Assembly (NCBI GenBank): GCA_040954595.2
Contig: CM082577.2
Coordinates: 17,119,903 to 17,183,902 of the forward strand
Length of the DNA: 64,000 nt
Direction: 5' to 3'
From: Balanoglossus misakiensis
Lineage: Eukaryota > Animalia > Hemichordata
A model generated the notes under the pieces. It did no database searches. It saw nothing but the letters and a program-made list of their open reading frames with translations, and was not told where the DNA came from. Shown here piece by piece: positions 37,759 to 50,300 of this stretch. Position numbers and translations under genes: made by a program. Position 1 is the stretch's first letter, and the number at the start of each line of letters is the position of its first letter.

Positions 37759-40700
37759 AGAAAAGAAGGACATACTCAGCAAAAGTATACAAGGAAGACA
37801 GAAGATGTACGAAAAGAACATCCAGGGCAAAAAACGATGGAGGGGACAAAGAATACCGAGTGAAGAACACAAAAGACTCAAGAAAAAGAAAGAAAACAGA
37901 AGGAATAGAACATGCTGCTACGAAAGATGAGAAAGATGTCAAGCTTCCACGTGTGCCACATTGGGGAGGCAATTTAGTTGATACAGAAGATCCGTCCATT
38001 GTGTGTGAACTTTATGATACCTGTACTATCGACAACATATTGACAATTTTGTATTTGTCGTATATTCAGAATGACTCTTTCAAGGAGTTATACAACCAAG
38101 CTTCCCATGATGCAACAATTCAATGCCTGATACGTTGCATGGAAATGATGAAAATTCAAAGGTTCGATGAAGCAAAGAAAATATGGCTTGTGTATGCTGG
38201 AATCCTACCAAAACGACTGCCTAGACTGTTTACTGTCTTTGGAAGTGAATGGGACCATATTGGATCATATTTCAACAGAATGGTGAAATCAACAACAGTG
38301 TGTAACAGTCCTTTCTGTCCAGATCCAGATGAAAGAAGAATACGTGAGCTCAGGGGAATTACTCTCAGGTAAATAAAAATGTACACGTTATAGAATACTC
38401 TCACGCATTTATTCAAGGGTGAGGAAACCTTGGGGTATACAATGTACATTACCAGTAAATTTTTAGAGGAGTTTTGTCAGATTTGTTGCTCTTGGACTTT
38501 TGACTGTATGATCGTGAAATTTGGCATGAATAATAGTTCGAAGACAAGCTAGACCTGATTAGATTTTGGACGTAATCCGTTCACGCTAATTTGCATAAAA
38601 TAAAATCACCTAAACTAGAATCACTAATTAGGATCAATGTCTGTCCTGTCGTGTCGATAACCTTGATTGTGTAATGCTTTTTAAGCAATAACCCCGCCAC
38701 ACGAGATTTGGGTACAATTCGAGATATATAGCAAGAGCCGTTATTAATTAAGGGTCTAATGTGTAAAAGACCTGTTTTTATCAGGAACTGTTTGACATGT
38801 CAGCTTTGGGATGGGTAGAACCCTGTAGGTCAGACACTTGGAATGAACCATAACATTCTGAGATATTTTTTTTTATTTCCAGTGCTGAAGAAGGTAATAT
38901 GGACTTTCAAGTTGCCATTGATAGATGGTTTGGACCTTATGAAACCGAGTGTAGGTTTGAGTTTCCAGACTTTGATGAACCAGCTGAGGCATCGTGTATC
39001 GTCGAGACAGTGATTGATGCAGATAGTCAAACAAAAAGGTATACACATTTTTTTAATTATTATCTTAGACCTGGAGGGGCCAGTGGACTCTATCATAACT
39101 ATGGCATAAAGCATATTAAAAATTATGTCCCTCATCCCCCTTATTCTCCATGCAGTGTAATGACTATTCTAACACATATGCAGTTTTAAAAACTGTAACA
39201 AGTGTTGAGTTTGTCATGAATGACTGAGATAACGTCCATTTCTTAGTCGCTTCTCATCAAACAATTTATAATCTGAAAGACTTCAATTTGATCTGGTCAT
39301 TCAAATGCAAATTAAATAAACAGTTTTCTAAAAAGTAAAAAAAAATCACAAAGTACTTGCTTGATTTAGTGACAATTTGGCAAGGATTTTACTTGCATAG
39401 AGATAGACATACTAGTATGAATGTTGTTTACTCATAAATATTATTATTGAGCAATGACTACATGAGAAATACATGATTGTATGTTGATAAATTCTACTCA
39501 AGTTTCCTTTTTATTACCTCCCGAAAAGGCGAGTGTTTGGTTGTAACCTCTATCAATGTGTCTGTCAGCCTGTCTGCCTGTGGGGACAATTTCTCAAGAG
39601 CGGTTGACTGTATGATTGTGAAATTTGGCATTAATAATAGTTGGAGGACAAACTAGACCTGCTAATTTGCAGAAAATGCAATCAACTAAAATGGAATCAC
39701 TAATTAGGATCTAGGTCTGATCTGAAGAGCCCCCGCTCATGTCAACCTTTGATAAAGATGGACACTTTATTTACTTGATTGTGTAATGTTTTTTTATTTT
39801 ACTTCTTTGAGCTTGTGTTTGTCTACTTTTAAACCAGTTCAAAGATAAATAAATAATAATAATGAGCTGTTTTTGGGGTGCTGTAACGTATGGGAGGCAT
39901 TAAGATTTGAATCTGGTTGGCATTGTAAATAATTTCATTAACATCACATGATAATTTTTTTCCATAATATTACCTGTCTAAGACTTGCTTGAATAACTCA
40001 TGTTATTCAGGTGGGCTACGTGAGTGACCACTTAGTGTGGTATGATGTGTATTCCCGTAGGATTTTTGTGCTAAAATTGATTTTTTGGCTGTTTTGGCTT
40101 CTATGGGGACCGAACTACCCGAAAATGATGGGGTGCAATTTTAAGGGCCCTCCACCATATTTTTCTGGGGGGTGGGGGGTACTTCCGACTAACTGGCAAT
40201 ATATGTGTTTATCAATTTTTAAACCTGTAATAGAAAGATGGAAAGATATTCATAATGTGTTTGTAAATGTGCACAACCCCAATTTGCAGGGCTGTATTGG
40301 GTATAGTGTCCTGTCACAAGTGATAAGAAAATATCAATTAAATGTTGAATTTTTCTTTTCAGAGAAGCAGCAATGTGCATTGGTAGGCGAACTCATATTC
40401 GGTTTGTTGAAGAGGATGCAACAATGCCCGTGTTAATATTCTCAATCAGTTACCAGGTCCAAATGCAATGTCTGACAAACAACGTATGTCATTACCCAAG
40501 GGAAATTAAATTTGGTACCGGAGTATACCAGATAGCAGGCGCAACTCTACATCAGTGTGAGCACTTCACTGCTATAATTAATTTTAAGAACAGGTGGTTG
40601 TCGTATGATGCGTTACGAAAAAGAGAACTATATCGACATGCAAGGGAATCCCCTGGAGCAATAATTGAACACTTAATATAGGATGAGTTGATTCACAGAA

Positions 40701-41295
40701 TGTCACAGGAAAAGTGTGTTTTGGTAGGACTATTGCATCCACACTGAGTCCAGTGGCAGGCCTCGTAACCCAAAATATCAGTATGCACAATGTTTTTTTT
40801 GCAGATTACTGAACTATAGCATGTCCTTAACCCAAATATTAATGATGCCACCTTGGCACCATTGAGGGTTTCCAGAAATCCGATAAGGCCACCAAGATGG
40901 CCACCAACCATGAAACAAGGCCAGTGAATCAATATTTAGCATTGGTTGATGTCTAGAGTAAGAGTTTAACCATTTGATAGTTGGGAGTGTCTAGGGAAAG
41001 GGTTTAACCAGTGGATAGTTTGGGGGGAACAGTTTTAACAAAAACAATTCTGCTTACCTTTTAATGCTTGGACCCTATTGTTTTTTCTGGAGTTTTATTG
41101 GTTTTACTGTTTTGAGAAGAAGACTTTTAAATATTATTAGTTTTTCATATTTTTGGACCCAGCCATGGGCCTATACTTTCTATAGTTAAGTTATTATGCT
41201 ATGTCCACGTCTGTGCAGTGACTGTCTATTGGCCCATGCAGAATGGGACCAAAATAAAAGGCAACATTTTGGGCTCACCTGTAATGCCTGCTTAA

Positions 41296-42314
41296 AGGGA
41301 CAAAGTCTCTCTCTCTCGTTGCCCCTTTTCCTTTAATTATGTTTGATACAAGACACCGTTTATTTATGTTAATGTACATGTGGATATATAGTGAATCAAC
41401 GTTCGACCATAGACACCTTCCATCCTGCTTGTAGACATGAGAGTGAATAAACTAACATAACTGAATAATCGGTCTCTACCAGTTATTCATTTTGGGTGAG
41501 TTTTCACCCACAAGCAGGATTGAACTGTGTGTGGTTGAATGTTCATTCACTACTTATACACGAAAGTGATTAATGTGCGGGTTGCGGGTTGCGGGCTGCG
41601 GGTTGACAATGAATAAAAATAAAATCAGAATAAAAATCGCAGCGATGATCGAATGCATCTCTGTGTCACGTTGTGGTTGTTAAATGATCTGATATAATGC
41701 TGATATGTTCGGATCGACATGGTTCCCATGCAGGGGCTGATTACTCCCACGGACAGCTAGCTGCGGGCAAACCCCATTCTATATCGTGTAGTTGCAACGA
41801 CCCGACTTGTGTAGGGACATTTGAACGGCAACAGAAAGCAAAGTGAGCGTAATTCAATAAAACGACATATACAAGCCTGAACTCTGATTATTTCTGGTCC
41901 CAAAACTCATTTCGTGAAAAACTCACTGGACTCAGTGTTTACGTATTTCAGCGAGTACTACCGCTGGAAGTGACTGGGATTATGGTCGATTAATTTATGC
42001 TAATGAGGCCGCGCACACAGTAGTGAGTGTGAGGGTCAAAGTCCGCTGCCGGAGTTGTGGCGCAAATCGCGTAAATCGAACTTCTGGGAGGCAATCATTT
42101 GATCGTTTCTGTTGACATATAATATTATTACTCTTTCATTATCAAAACACAACCATATTTTACGACCCGCAATCGGCGACCCGCAACCCGCAACCCGCAG
42201 CCCGCAACCCGCAATTTAACGCTTCCCCTTATACACATGTAAATTAACATAAATGGTGTCTTGTATTAAATGTGATTAATAGTAAAAGGGCAGCGAGAGA
42301 GAGACTTTGTCCCT
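41296..42314. mobile_element. Kolobok-like MITE (TTAA TSD)
   Basis: TIRs AGGGACAAAGTCTCTCTCTC / GAGAGAGAGACTTTGTCCCT. TTAA at 41292 and 42315. Confidence 0.82.
41562..42227. mobile_element. Mutator-like MITE with a 9-bp TSD, nested in the Kolobok-like MITE
   Basis: CTTATACAC at 41553-41561 and 42228-42236. Imperfect TIRs contain (GCGGGTT)n / (AACCCGC)n heptamers. Confidence 0.75.
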
Positions 42315-42503
42315 TTAACTCATTAATTATATGCATACCTAATTCCGGGCTAACTAATAGGGCTAGAGGTTTTTGTTCTAGTGGGACATGGACCAGTATG
42401 CGGTCAAAAAATTTTGCTCAAATTTTGGGTGACCTCAGGTGACCTTTGACGTTAACATGACATAATTGCGTATTAGTACATAAATTAACAGCCTGCTGAC
42501 TGG

Positions 42504-43611
42504 TAGAGTTGACTTTTCAGAGCCCTCTGACTCAGAGGGCTCTGTCTCAGAACCCTCAGAGCCCTCTGAAGTTTCAGAACCTCAGAACCCTGACCGCAGA
42601 AATTGCTTTGATCTCAGATATAACCCAAAAATTTACCTGTATAATGTGGCAAGCGCGAGATCGTGACTGCCGCGCCGATTACCGGCCGGCCATATTTGTT
42701 TATGGAGTTGTGGTTAATTTCAGATTCAGATTAAGTCATGGATTCCGATTCACCAGTAACGTGTTCCTTTTCTTTTTTGCTTGCTTTGTATTACAAACAT
42801 AAACGTATTTAAGCACACGACAAAATCAATTGCAAGATAAAACACCAAAAAGAAGAAAATTTGGAAATCAATTCAATACTTAAATAAGAATGTCATACTT
42901 TTTTGTCTATAGTATCAGAATAAAGCACATGGAAAACATTTTGGATTTGCCAGTCATTCAAATTTATGACTTTTTGACAAACTTTGTGTCCTCACACACG
43001 TATACTGCGCTTATTCGACTTCCATTAGGATTATTACTAGAGATTTGCAGTATGTCAAATGCGTATATATTTCTTGCTAAAAATTAACAACCAAGCAGTT
43101 AAATTTCAAAGTTTATTTCAAAAAACAAAAACAAACAATGAATACATCGATAATAAAGTAGATACATATATATGTGAACATGAATTAAATAAAATCACTT
43201 TATTTTGATAAACAGTAATCTAGGCAAGGAAAACAAGTTTTCTTGAAATAATAGCCACATCATATCTGCATGATCAATATTATCACAATGAGAAATATCC
43301 CCTGCATAAATAAATCAATATACATGTATTGTCCTTTCCACTGATATTATGGGGGACAGGTTGAATACAGATGATAAAAATGCCTGGCGGTGAAAGATCA
43401 CCGCAAGGGAAGGCACTTTATTATCTATCTATTTAATGTTTTTAGTTTGTTGTGTGCTACAAAATACGTTTATATTTGTAGTTTTTTTCTGCGGGAGTAA
43501 TTTTGGCAACATAGCGTTGCGTCAGGGTTCTGAGGTTCTGAAACTTCAGAGGGCTCTCAGGGTTCTGAGTCAGAGCCCTCTGAGTCCGAGGGCTCTGAAA
43601 AGTCAACTCTA
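42504..43611. mobile_element. Non-autonomous element with ~90-bp TAG..CTA TIRs
   Basis: TAGAGTTGACTTTTCAGAGCCCTC...AACCCTGAC is inverted at 43521-43611. No TSD is visible, so the superfamily is uncertain. Confidence 0.75.
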
Positions 43612-43966
43612 TATTCGGCGAAAATAATCACACACCTGTTCTGCTTACCCATATGTTGCTATGTGTTATTTTGGCTTGGGCCCGCTATTGCTGCTTGCAG
43701 CTATAGTTCTCATCGTTTCTCTTTTCTCTTGTCTAGTTTCAGTCAGTTTTTTTTGTAGATAGTTTCTTGTGTGTTGCGCATCAGAGTGTTAATAAAAGGT
43801 TAATATGAATCTGTTGTGAGTGTTTTTTTGTCATGCAATTATAGTAACTATAACTGTTATATTATTTTGTACTACTCATGAAAAGTTGTCAGTGCGTGTG
43901 CTCAATTCCTTTAACTAAACCACAACCAACATATCATGCCTTTGGAAGAAATATATTGACTACAAT

Positions 43967-46900
43967 AACTAGTAACCAGATCCTTATTCAGACTGGGCGA
44001 ATATGGAACAGGTTCGAATAAGGAACCGGGAAGTAGTAACCAACTTCAAATCCCAGTTCCTTATTCAGACTGGGGCGAATATGGAACAGGGAATCGAATA
44101 AGGAACCAGGAACTAGTAACCAGTTCCTAATTCAGACTGGGCGAATATGGAACAGGTTCGAATAAGGAACCAGGAACTAGTAACCAACTTCAAATCCCAG
44201 TTCCTTATTCAGACTGGGGCGAATATGGAACAGGGAATCGAATAAGGAACCAGGAACTAGTAACCAGTTCCTTATTCAGACTGGGGCGAATAGGGAACCG
44301 GGAATCGAATAAGGATCCAGGAACTAGTAACCAGTTCCTTATTCAGACTAGGGCGTATAGGGAACCGGGAATCGAATAAGGAACCAGGAACTAGTAACCA
44401 GTTCCTTATTCAGACTGGGGCGAATAGGGAACCGGGAATCGAATAAAGAACCAGGAACTAGTAACCAGTTCCTTATTCAGACTGGGGCGTATAGGGAACC
44501 GGGAATCGAATAAGGAACCAGGAAGTAGTAACCAGATCCTTATTCAGAGTGGGCGAATATGGAACAGGTTCGAATAAGGAACCGGGAACTAGTAACCAAC
44601 TTCAAATCCCAGTTCCTTATTCAGACTGGGGCGAATATGGAACAGGGAATCGAATAAGGAACCAGGAACTAGTAACCAGTTCCTAATTCAGACTGGGGCG
44701 AATATGGAACAGGGAATCGAATAAGGAACCAGGAACTAGTAACCAGTTCCTTATTCAGACTGGGGCGAATAGGTAACCGGGAATCGAATAAGGAACCAGG
44801 AACTAGTAACCAGTTCCTTATTCAGACTGGGGCGAATAGGTAACCGGGAATCGAATAAGGAACCAGGAACTAGTAACCAGTTCCTTATTCAGACTGGGGC
44901 GAATAGGGAACCGGGAATCGAATAAGGAACCAGGAACTAGTAACCAGTTCCTTATTCAGACTGGGGCGAATAGGGAACCGGGAATCGAATAAGGAACCAG
45001 GAACTAGTAACCAGTTTCTTATTTAGACTGGGGCGTATAGGGAACCGGAAATCGAATAAGGAACCAGGAACTAGTAACCACTTCCTTTTTCAGACTGGGG
45101 CGTATAGGGAACCGGGAATCGAATAAGGAACCAGGAACTAGTAACCTGTTCCTTATTCAGACTGGGGCGAATAGGGAACCGGGAATCGAATAAGGAACCA
45201 GGAACTAGTAACCAGTTCCTTATTCAGACTGGGGCGTATAGGGAAACGGGAATCGAATAAGGAACCAGGAACTAGTAACCTGTTCCTTATTCAGACTGGG
45301 GCGAATAGGGAACCGGGAATCGAATAAGGAACCAGGAACTAGTAACCAGTTCCTTATTCAGACTGGGGCGTATAGGGAAACGGGAATCGAATAAGGAACC
45401 AGGAACTAGTAACCAGTTCCTTATTCAGACTGGGGCGAATAGGGAACCGGGAATCGAATAAGGAACCAGGAACTAGTAACCAGTTCCTTATTCAGACTGG
45501 GGCGAATAGGGAACCGGGAATCGAATAAGGAACCAGGAACTAGTAACCAGTACCTTATTCAGACTGGGGCGAATAGGGAACCGGGAATCGATAAGGAACC
45601 AGGAACTAGTAATCAGTTACTTATTCAGACTGGGGCGAATAGGGAAACGGGAATCGAATAAGGAACCAGGAACTAGTAACCAGTTCCTTATTCAGACTGG
45701 GGCGAATAAGTAACCGGGAATCAAACAAGGAACCACGAACTAGTAACCAGTTACTTATTCAGACTGGGGCGAATAGGGAACCGGGAATCGAATAAGGAAC
45801 CAGGAACTAGTAACCAGTTCCTTATTCAGACTGGGGCGTATAGGGAACCGGGAATCGAATAAGGAACCAGGAACTAGTAACCAGTACCTTATTCAGACTG
45901 GGGCGAATAGGGAACCGGGAATCGATAAGGAACCAGGAACTAGTAACCAGTTCCTTATTCAGACTGGGGCGAACAGGGAAACGGGAATCGAATAAGGAAC
46001 CAGGAACTAGTAACCAGTTCCTTATTCAGACTGGGGCGAATAGGGAACCGGGAATCGAATAAGGAACCAAGAACCAGTAACCAGTACCTTATTCAGACTG
46101 GGGCGAATAGGGAACCGGGAATCGAATAAGGAACCAGGAACTAGTAACCAGTACCTTATTCAGACTGGGGCGAATAGGGAACCGGGAATCGAATAAGGAA
46201 CCAGGAACTAGTAACCGATTCCTTATTCAGACTGGGGCGAATAGGGTACCGGGAATCGAATAAGGAACCAGGAACTAGTAACCGGTTCCTTATTCAGACT
46301 GGGGCGAATAGGGAACAAGGAATCGAATAAGGAACCAGGAACTAGTAGCCGGTTCCTAATTCAGACTGGGGCGTATAGGGAACCGGGAATCGAATAAGGA
46401 ACCAGGAACTAGTAGCCGGTTCCTTATTCAGACTGGGGCGAATAGGGAACTGGGAATCGAATAAGGAACCAGGAACTAGTAATCAGTTCCTTATTCAGAC
46501 TGGGGCGAATAGGGAACCGGGAATCGAATAAGGAACCAGGAACTAGTAACCGGTTCCTTATTCAGACTGGGGCGAATAGGGAACCGGGAATCGAATAAGG
46601 AACCAGGAACTAGTAGCCGGTTCCTAATTCAGACTGGGGCGTATAGGGAACCGGGAATCGAATAAGGAACCAGGAACTAGTAGCCGGTTCCTTATTCAGA
46701 CTGGGGCGAATAGGGTACCGGGAATCGAATAAGGAACCAGGAACTAGTAACCGGTTCCTTATTCAGACTGGGGCGAATAGGGAACCGGGAATCGAATAAG
46801 GAACCAGGAACTAGTAGCCGGTTCCTAATTCAGACTGGGGCGTATAGGGAACCGGGAATCGAATAAGGAACCAGGAACTAGTAGCCGGTTCCTTATTCAG

Positions 46901-47381
46901 ACTGGGGCGAATAGGGAACTGGGAATAGAATAAGGAACCAGGAACTAGTAATCAGTTCCTTAATCAGACTGGGGCGAATAGGGAACCGGGAATCGAATAA
47001 GGAACCAGGAACTAGTAGCCGGTTCCTAATTCAGACTGGGGCGTATAGGGAACCGGGAATCGAATAAGGAACCAGGAACTAGTAGCCGGTTCCTTATTCA
47101 GACTGGGGCGAATAGGGAACCGGGAATCGAAAAAGGAACCAGGAACTAGTAACCAGTTCCTTATTCAGACTGGGCGAATAGGGAACAGGGAATCGAATAA
47201 GGAACCAGGAACTAGTAACCAGTTACTTATTCAGACTGGGGCGAATAGGAAACCGGGGATCGAATAAGGAACCAGGAATTAGTAACCAGTTACTTATTCA
47301 GACTGGGGCGAATAAGTAACCAGGAACCGGGAATCGAATAAGGAACCAGGAACTAGTAACTAACTTCAAATCCCGGTTCCT
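43967..47381 (+). repeat. Right terminal inverted repeat: ~50 tandem 67-bp modules
   Basis: Unit GAATAAGGAACCAGGAACTAGTAACCAGTTCCTTATTCAGACTGGGGCGAATAGGGAACCGGGAATC, period 67 (e.g. 44881 to 44948). The outer ~100 bp mirror 12525-12625. Confidence 0.97.
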
Positions 47382-50300
47382 GACACTCTAGAGCAGAAAC
47401 AGTTGCACACTGGCAACGTTGAACAAGTCGATTTTTCTACGGCCTGGCTCGACTAAATCTCCGTCACAATATGCCAGATACTAGCGACGTTAGCAACGGT
47501 GATCAAGTCAGATTTTCTACGGCATGGCTTGGCTAAAGGCATGGCACTCTAGAGCAGAAACACGCGTACAGAGACCAAGTTAATCGAGTCTGATCTCCTA
47601 TGGCCTGGCTCGACTAAAACCCCGGCACACCATGACTGACACTAGCGTTCGTTAGCAACGGTGATCAAGTCACATTTTCTTTGGCCTGGCTCGGCTAAAG
47701 CGCCGGCACTCTAGACCAGAAACACGCGTATACTGACCACGTTGATCAAGTCACATTTCCTACGGCCTGGCTCGGCTGAAGCCCCGGCACTATATGACAC
47801 AGACTGGCGTAAGTTAACAACAGTGATCACGTAGGATTTTCTACGGCTTGGCTTAGCTGAAGCCCCGGCACACTAGAGCGGAAACACGCGTACATTGACC
47901 ACGTTGATCAAGTCAGATCTCCTACGGCGTGACTCGGCTGGTGCACCGGCTCTATATGACACAGACTGGCATATGTTAACAACGGTGATCACGTCGGATT
48001 TCCTTCGGCCTGGCTCTGCAAAAGACCCGACACTCTAGTACAAAGACGTTGGCTAAGTCGGACAAACCGAAGAGGGAAAGTTACAGCGGGTCAACACTCG
48101 ACATTTGTTCGGGTAGGACTGCATTATTGCCTGTCAATTTATAGCGAAAGCCCGTATTTAACCAGGGCGTTTCAAACACCGCATATAATGTAGGGGTGGG
48201 GGAAAACAGTACGGTTCAACACTACATTTATGAGGTATCAGCTAAAATCTAAAATCGAATTCTAAAATCTAAAATCTAAATTATTTTTTCATATTTGGAT
48301 ATCTGATGATGTATGAAATTTCCATTATATGTAAAAATGGTGCTGATTCTAAAAAATGCACTCTGAATGAGCTGATTTAATACAAAATTGCGTTTTATAC
48401 GTTTTTGCACCAAAAAGGTCATTTTTAGGCAAAACATTCTTTATTTTTTGAATTCGGTGACCTGATCATATATAAACAATTGCTTGTATGGAAAAAGTTT
48501 TTATGACTTTTAAAAGCAGTGACACTGGCGGCATTCAAGAAGAAAATAACAATTTTAGCCACAATTTGGTCAAAAATGGTAAATTTTTGAAAATTACAAA
48601 AAATAACTGTTTTCTACATTTTCGGAAATCTGATGGAGTATAGAATGCTCTTCGAATGTATGTATCGATACAAATTACACAAAAGACAGTCTAATTTGGA
48701 TCACTGCAGACAACATTGCGTTTTATCATATTTTGCTTGAAAATGTCATTTTTAGAAAAAATAAATAAAAAAACCTTTGTTCTTCGAATTTGGTGCCCTG
48801 ATCATATATGACATGTTGATTGTATGTTAAAAGTTTCGACCACTCCAAAAATGCAGAGATGTTGACGGAATTCAAGAAAAAATAGCCATTTTGGCCATAT
48901 TTTGACAAAAATGGTTATTTTTTAAAAAATCCTAAAAAATTAACTGTTTTCTTCATTTTCGGAAATATTATGGAGCATGAAGTGTCGTTCTCTTGTAAAA
49001 AGTGCTGCAAATTCCAGAAAAGGCGGTATAATTTGAATCACCCAAGACAAAATTACCATTTTCGACTTTTTTTCGAAAAATTGTCATTTTTACAAAATAA
49101 ATAAGAATAAATTCTTTTCTTAGTTTCAAACGGGTAGAGATACTTTCCACACGGGTTTTCTAACATTGAATTCCCGTTCATCAACTCAGATTTCCTACAG
49201 CATAAGTCGGCTAAAACCCTGATACTCTAGAGCAGAAACAGTTGCACACTGGTAACGTTGAACAAGTCAATTTTTCTACTGCCTGGCTCGGCTAAATCTC
49301 CGTCACAATATGACAGACACTAGCGTACGTTAGCAACGGTGATCAAGTCTTATTTTCGACGGCAGGGCTTGGCTAAAGCCCCGGCGTTCTAGAGCAGAAA
49401 CACGCGTACAGAGACCATGTTGATCAAGTCTGATCTCCTACGGCTTGGCTCGACTAAAACCCCGGCACACTATGACAGAAACTAGCGTTCGTTAGCAATG
49501 TTGATCAAGTCAGATTTCCTACGGCATGGCTTGGCTAAAGCCCTGGCACTCTAGAGCAGAAACACGCGTACAGAGACTACGTTGATCAACTCACATTTCC
49601 AACGGCGTGACTCGGCTGATGCCCCGGCACTATATATAGGACACAGACTGGCTCAGCTGAAGCCCCGGCACTCTAGAGCAGAAACAGGCGTACATTGACC
49701 ACGTCGATCAAGTCAGATTTCCTACGGCGTGACTCGGCTGGTGCACCGGCTCTATATGACACAGACTGGCGTAAGTTATCAACGGTGATTACGTCGGATT
49801 TCCTACGGCCTGGCTAAGCTGAATCCCCGGCACTCTAGAGCGGAAACAGGCGTACATTGACCACGTTGATCAAGTCACATTTCCTACGGCCTGGCTCAGC
49901 TAAAACCCCGGCACACCATGACAGACACTAGCGTTCGTTAGCAACGGTGATCAAATCAGATTTCCTTCGGCCTGGCTCTGCAAAAGAGCGACACTCTAGT
50001 ACAAAGACGTTGGCTAAGTCGAACAAACCGAAGAGGGAAAGTCACAGCGGGTCAACACTCGACATTAGTTCGGGTAGGACTGCAGTATTGCCTGTCAATT
50101 TATAGAGAAAGCCCGCATTTAACCAGGGCGTTTCAACATCGACGTTAGTTGGGGGCACGGCCTGCAGTACTGCCGGGTAAGCTGACATCGGCCTACCGCA
50201 TATAATGTAGGGGTGGGGGGAAACAGAACGGTTCAACACTACATTTATGAGATATCAGTTAATTTTGGTCAATCATCTAAAATCTAAATCATTTTTCCAT

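Larger units (their letters stand above)
34566..40681 (+). pseudogene. Mutator/NOF-like DDE transposase fused to a papain/USP-like cysteine protease (exons 34566-38368, 38883-39038, 40363-40681), frameshifted
   Basis: Acceptor TTTCAG immediately before ATG 34566. Motifs VYFDATG (D), VETDWSWSLI (D), HLCTAH (CxxH) and DTNAPVEAWFKMVK (E). C-terminus has DTCTIDNILTILY (Cys) and HFTAIINFKNRWLSYDAL (His, Asp). Two GT-AG phase-2 introns splice in frame. Frame breaks near 36475, 37050, 37450, 37630 and 37860. Confidence 0.85.
41200..43708 (+). mobile_element. Second, diverged Helentron-like element, interrupted by MITEs; 5' end not located
   Basis: 41220-41295 plus 42315-42450 align with 24960-25170. 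The 3' end GCTTGGGCCC...GCTGCTTGCAGCTATAGTT at 43674-43708 matches 25249-25280. Confidence 0.55.
12470..47381 (+). mobile_element. Giant (34.9 kb) foldback/Mutator-superfamily DNA transposon, NOF-FB/Rehavkus-like, with nested elements
   Basis: The satellite sequence ...AAAACCCT-GACACTCTA-GAGCAGAAAC is interrupted, with GACACTCTA at 12461-12469 and again at 47382-47390 (9-bp TSD). The two ends are inverted arrays of the same 67-bp module. A MULE-type transposase gene lies at 34566-40681. Confidence 0.9.

Noticed and set aside
43628-43637. TCACACACCT matching the reverse complement of the first 10 bp of the giant element
   Set aside because: It lies internal to the right TIR array with no adjacent TSD, so it is probably a chance match.
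43967-47381. CRISPR-like array of palindromic repeats
   Set aside because: There are no unique spacers and no cas genes, the context is eukaryotic, and the array is the inverted partner of 12470-13256.
12470-47381. Polinton/Maverick or endogenous virus identity for the large insertion
   Set aside because: No PolB, capsid, packaging ATPase or Polinton-type integrase is seen, and the TSD is 9 bp rather than 6 bp.
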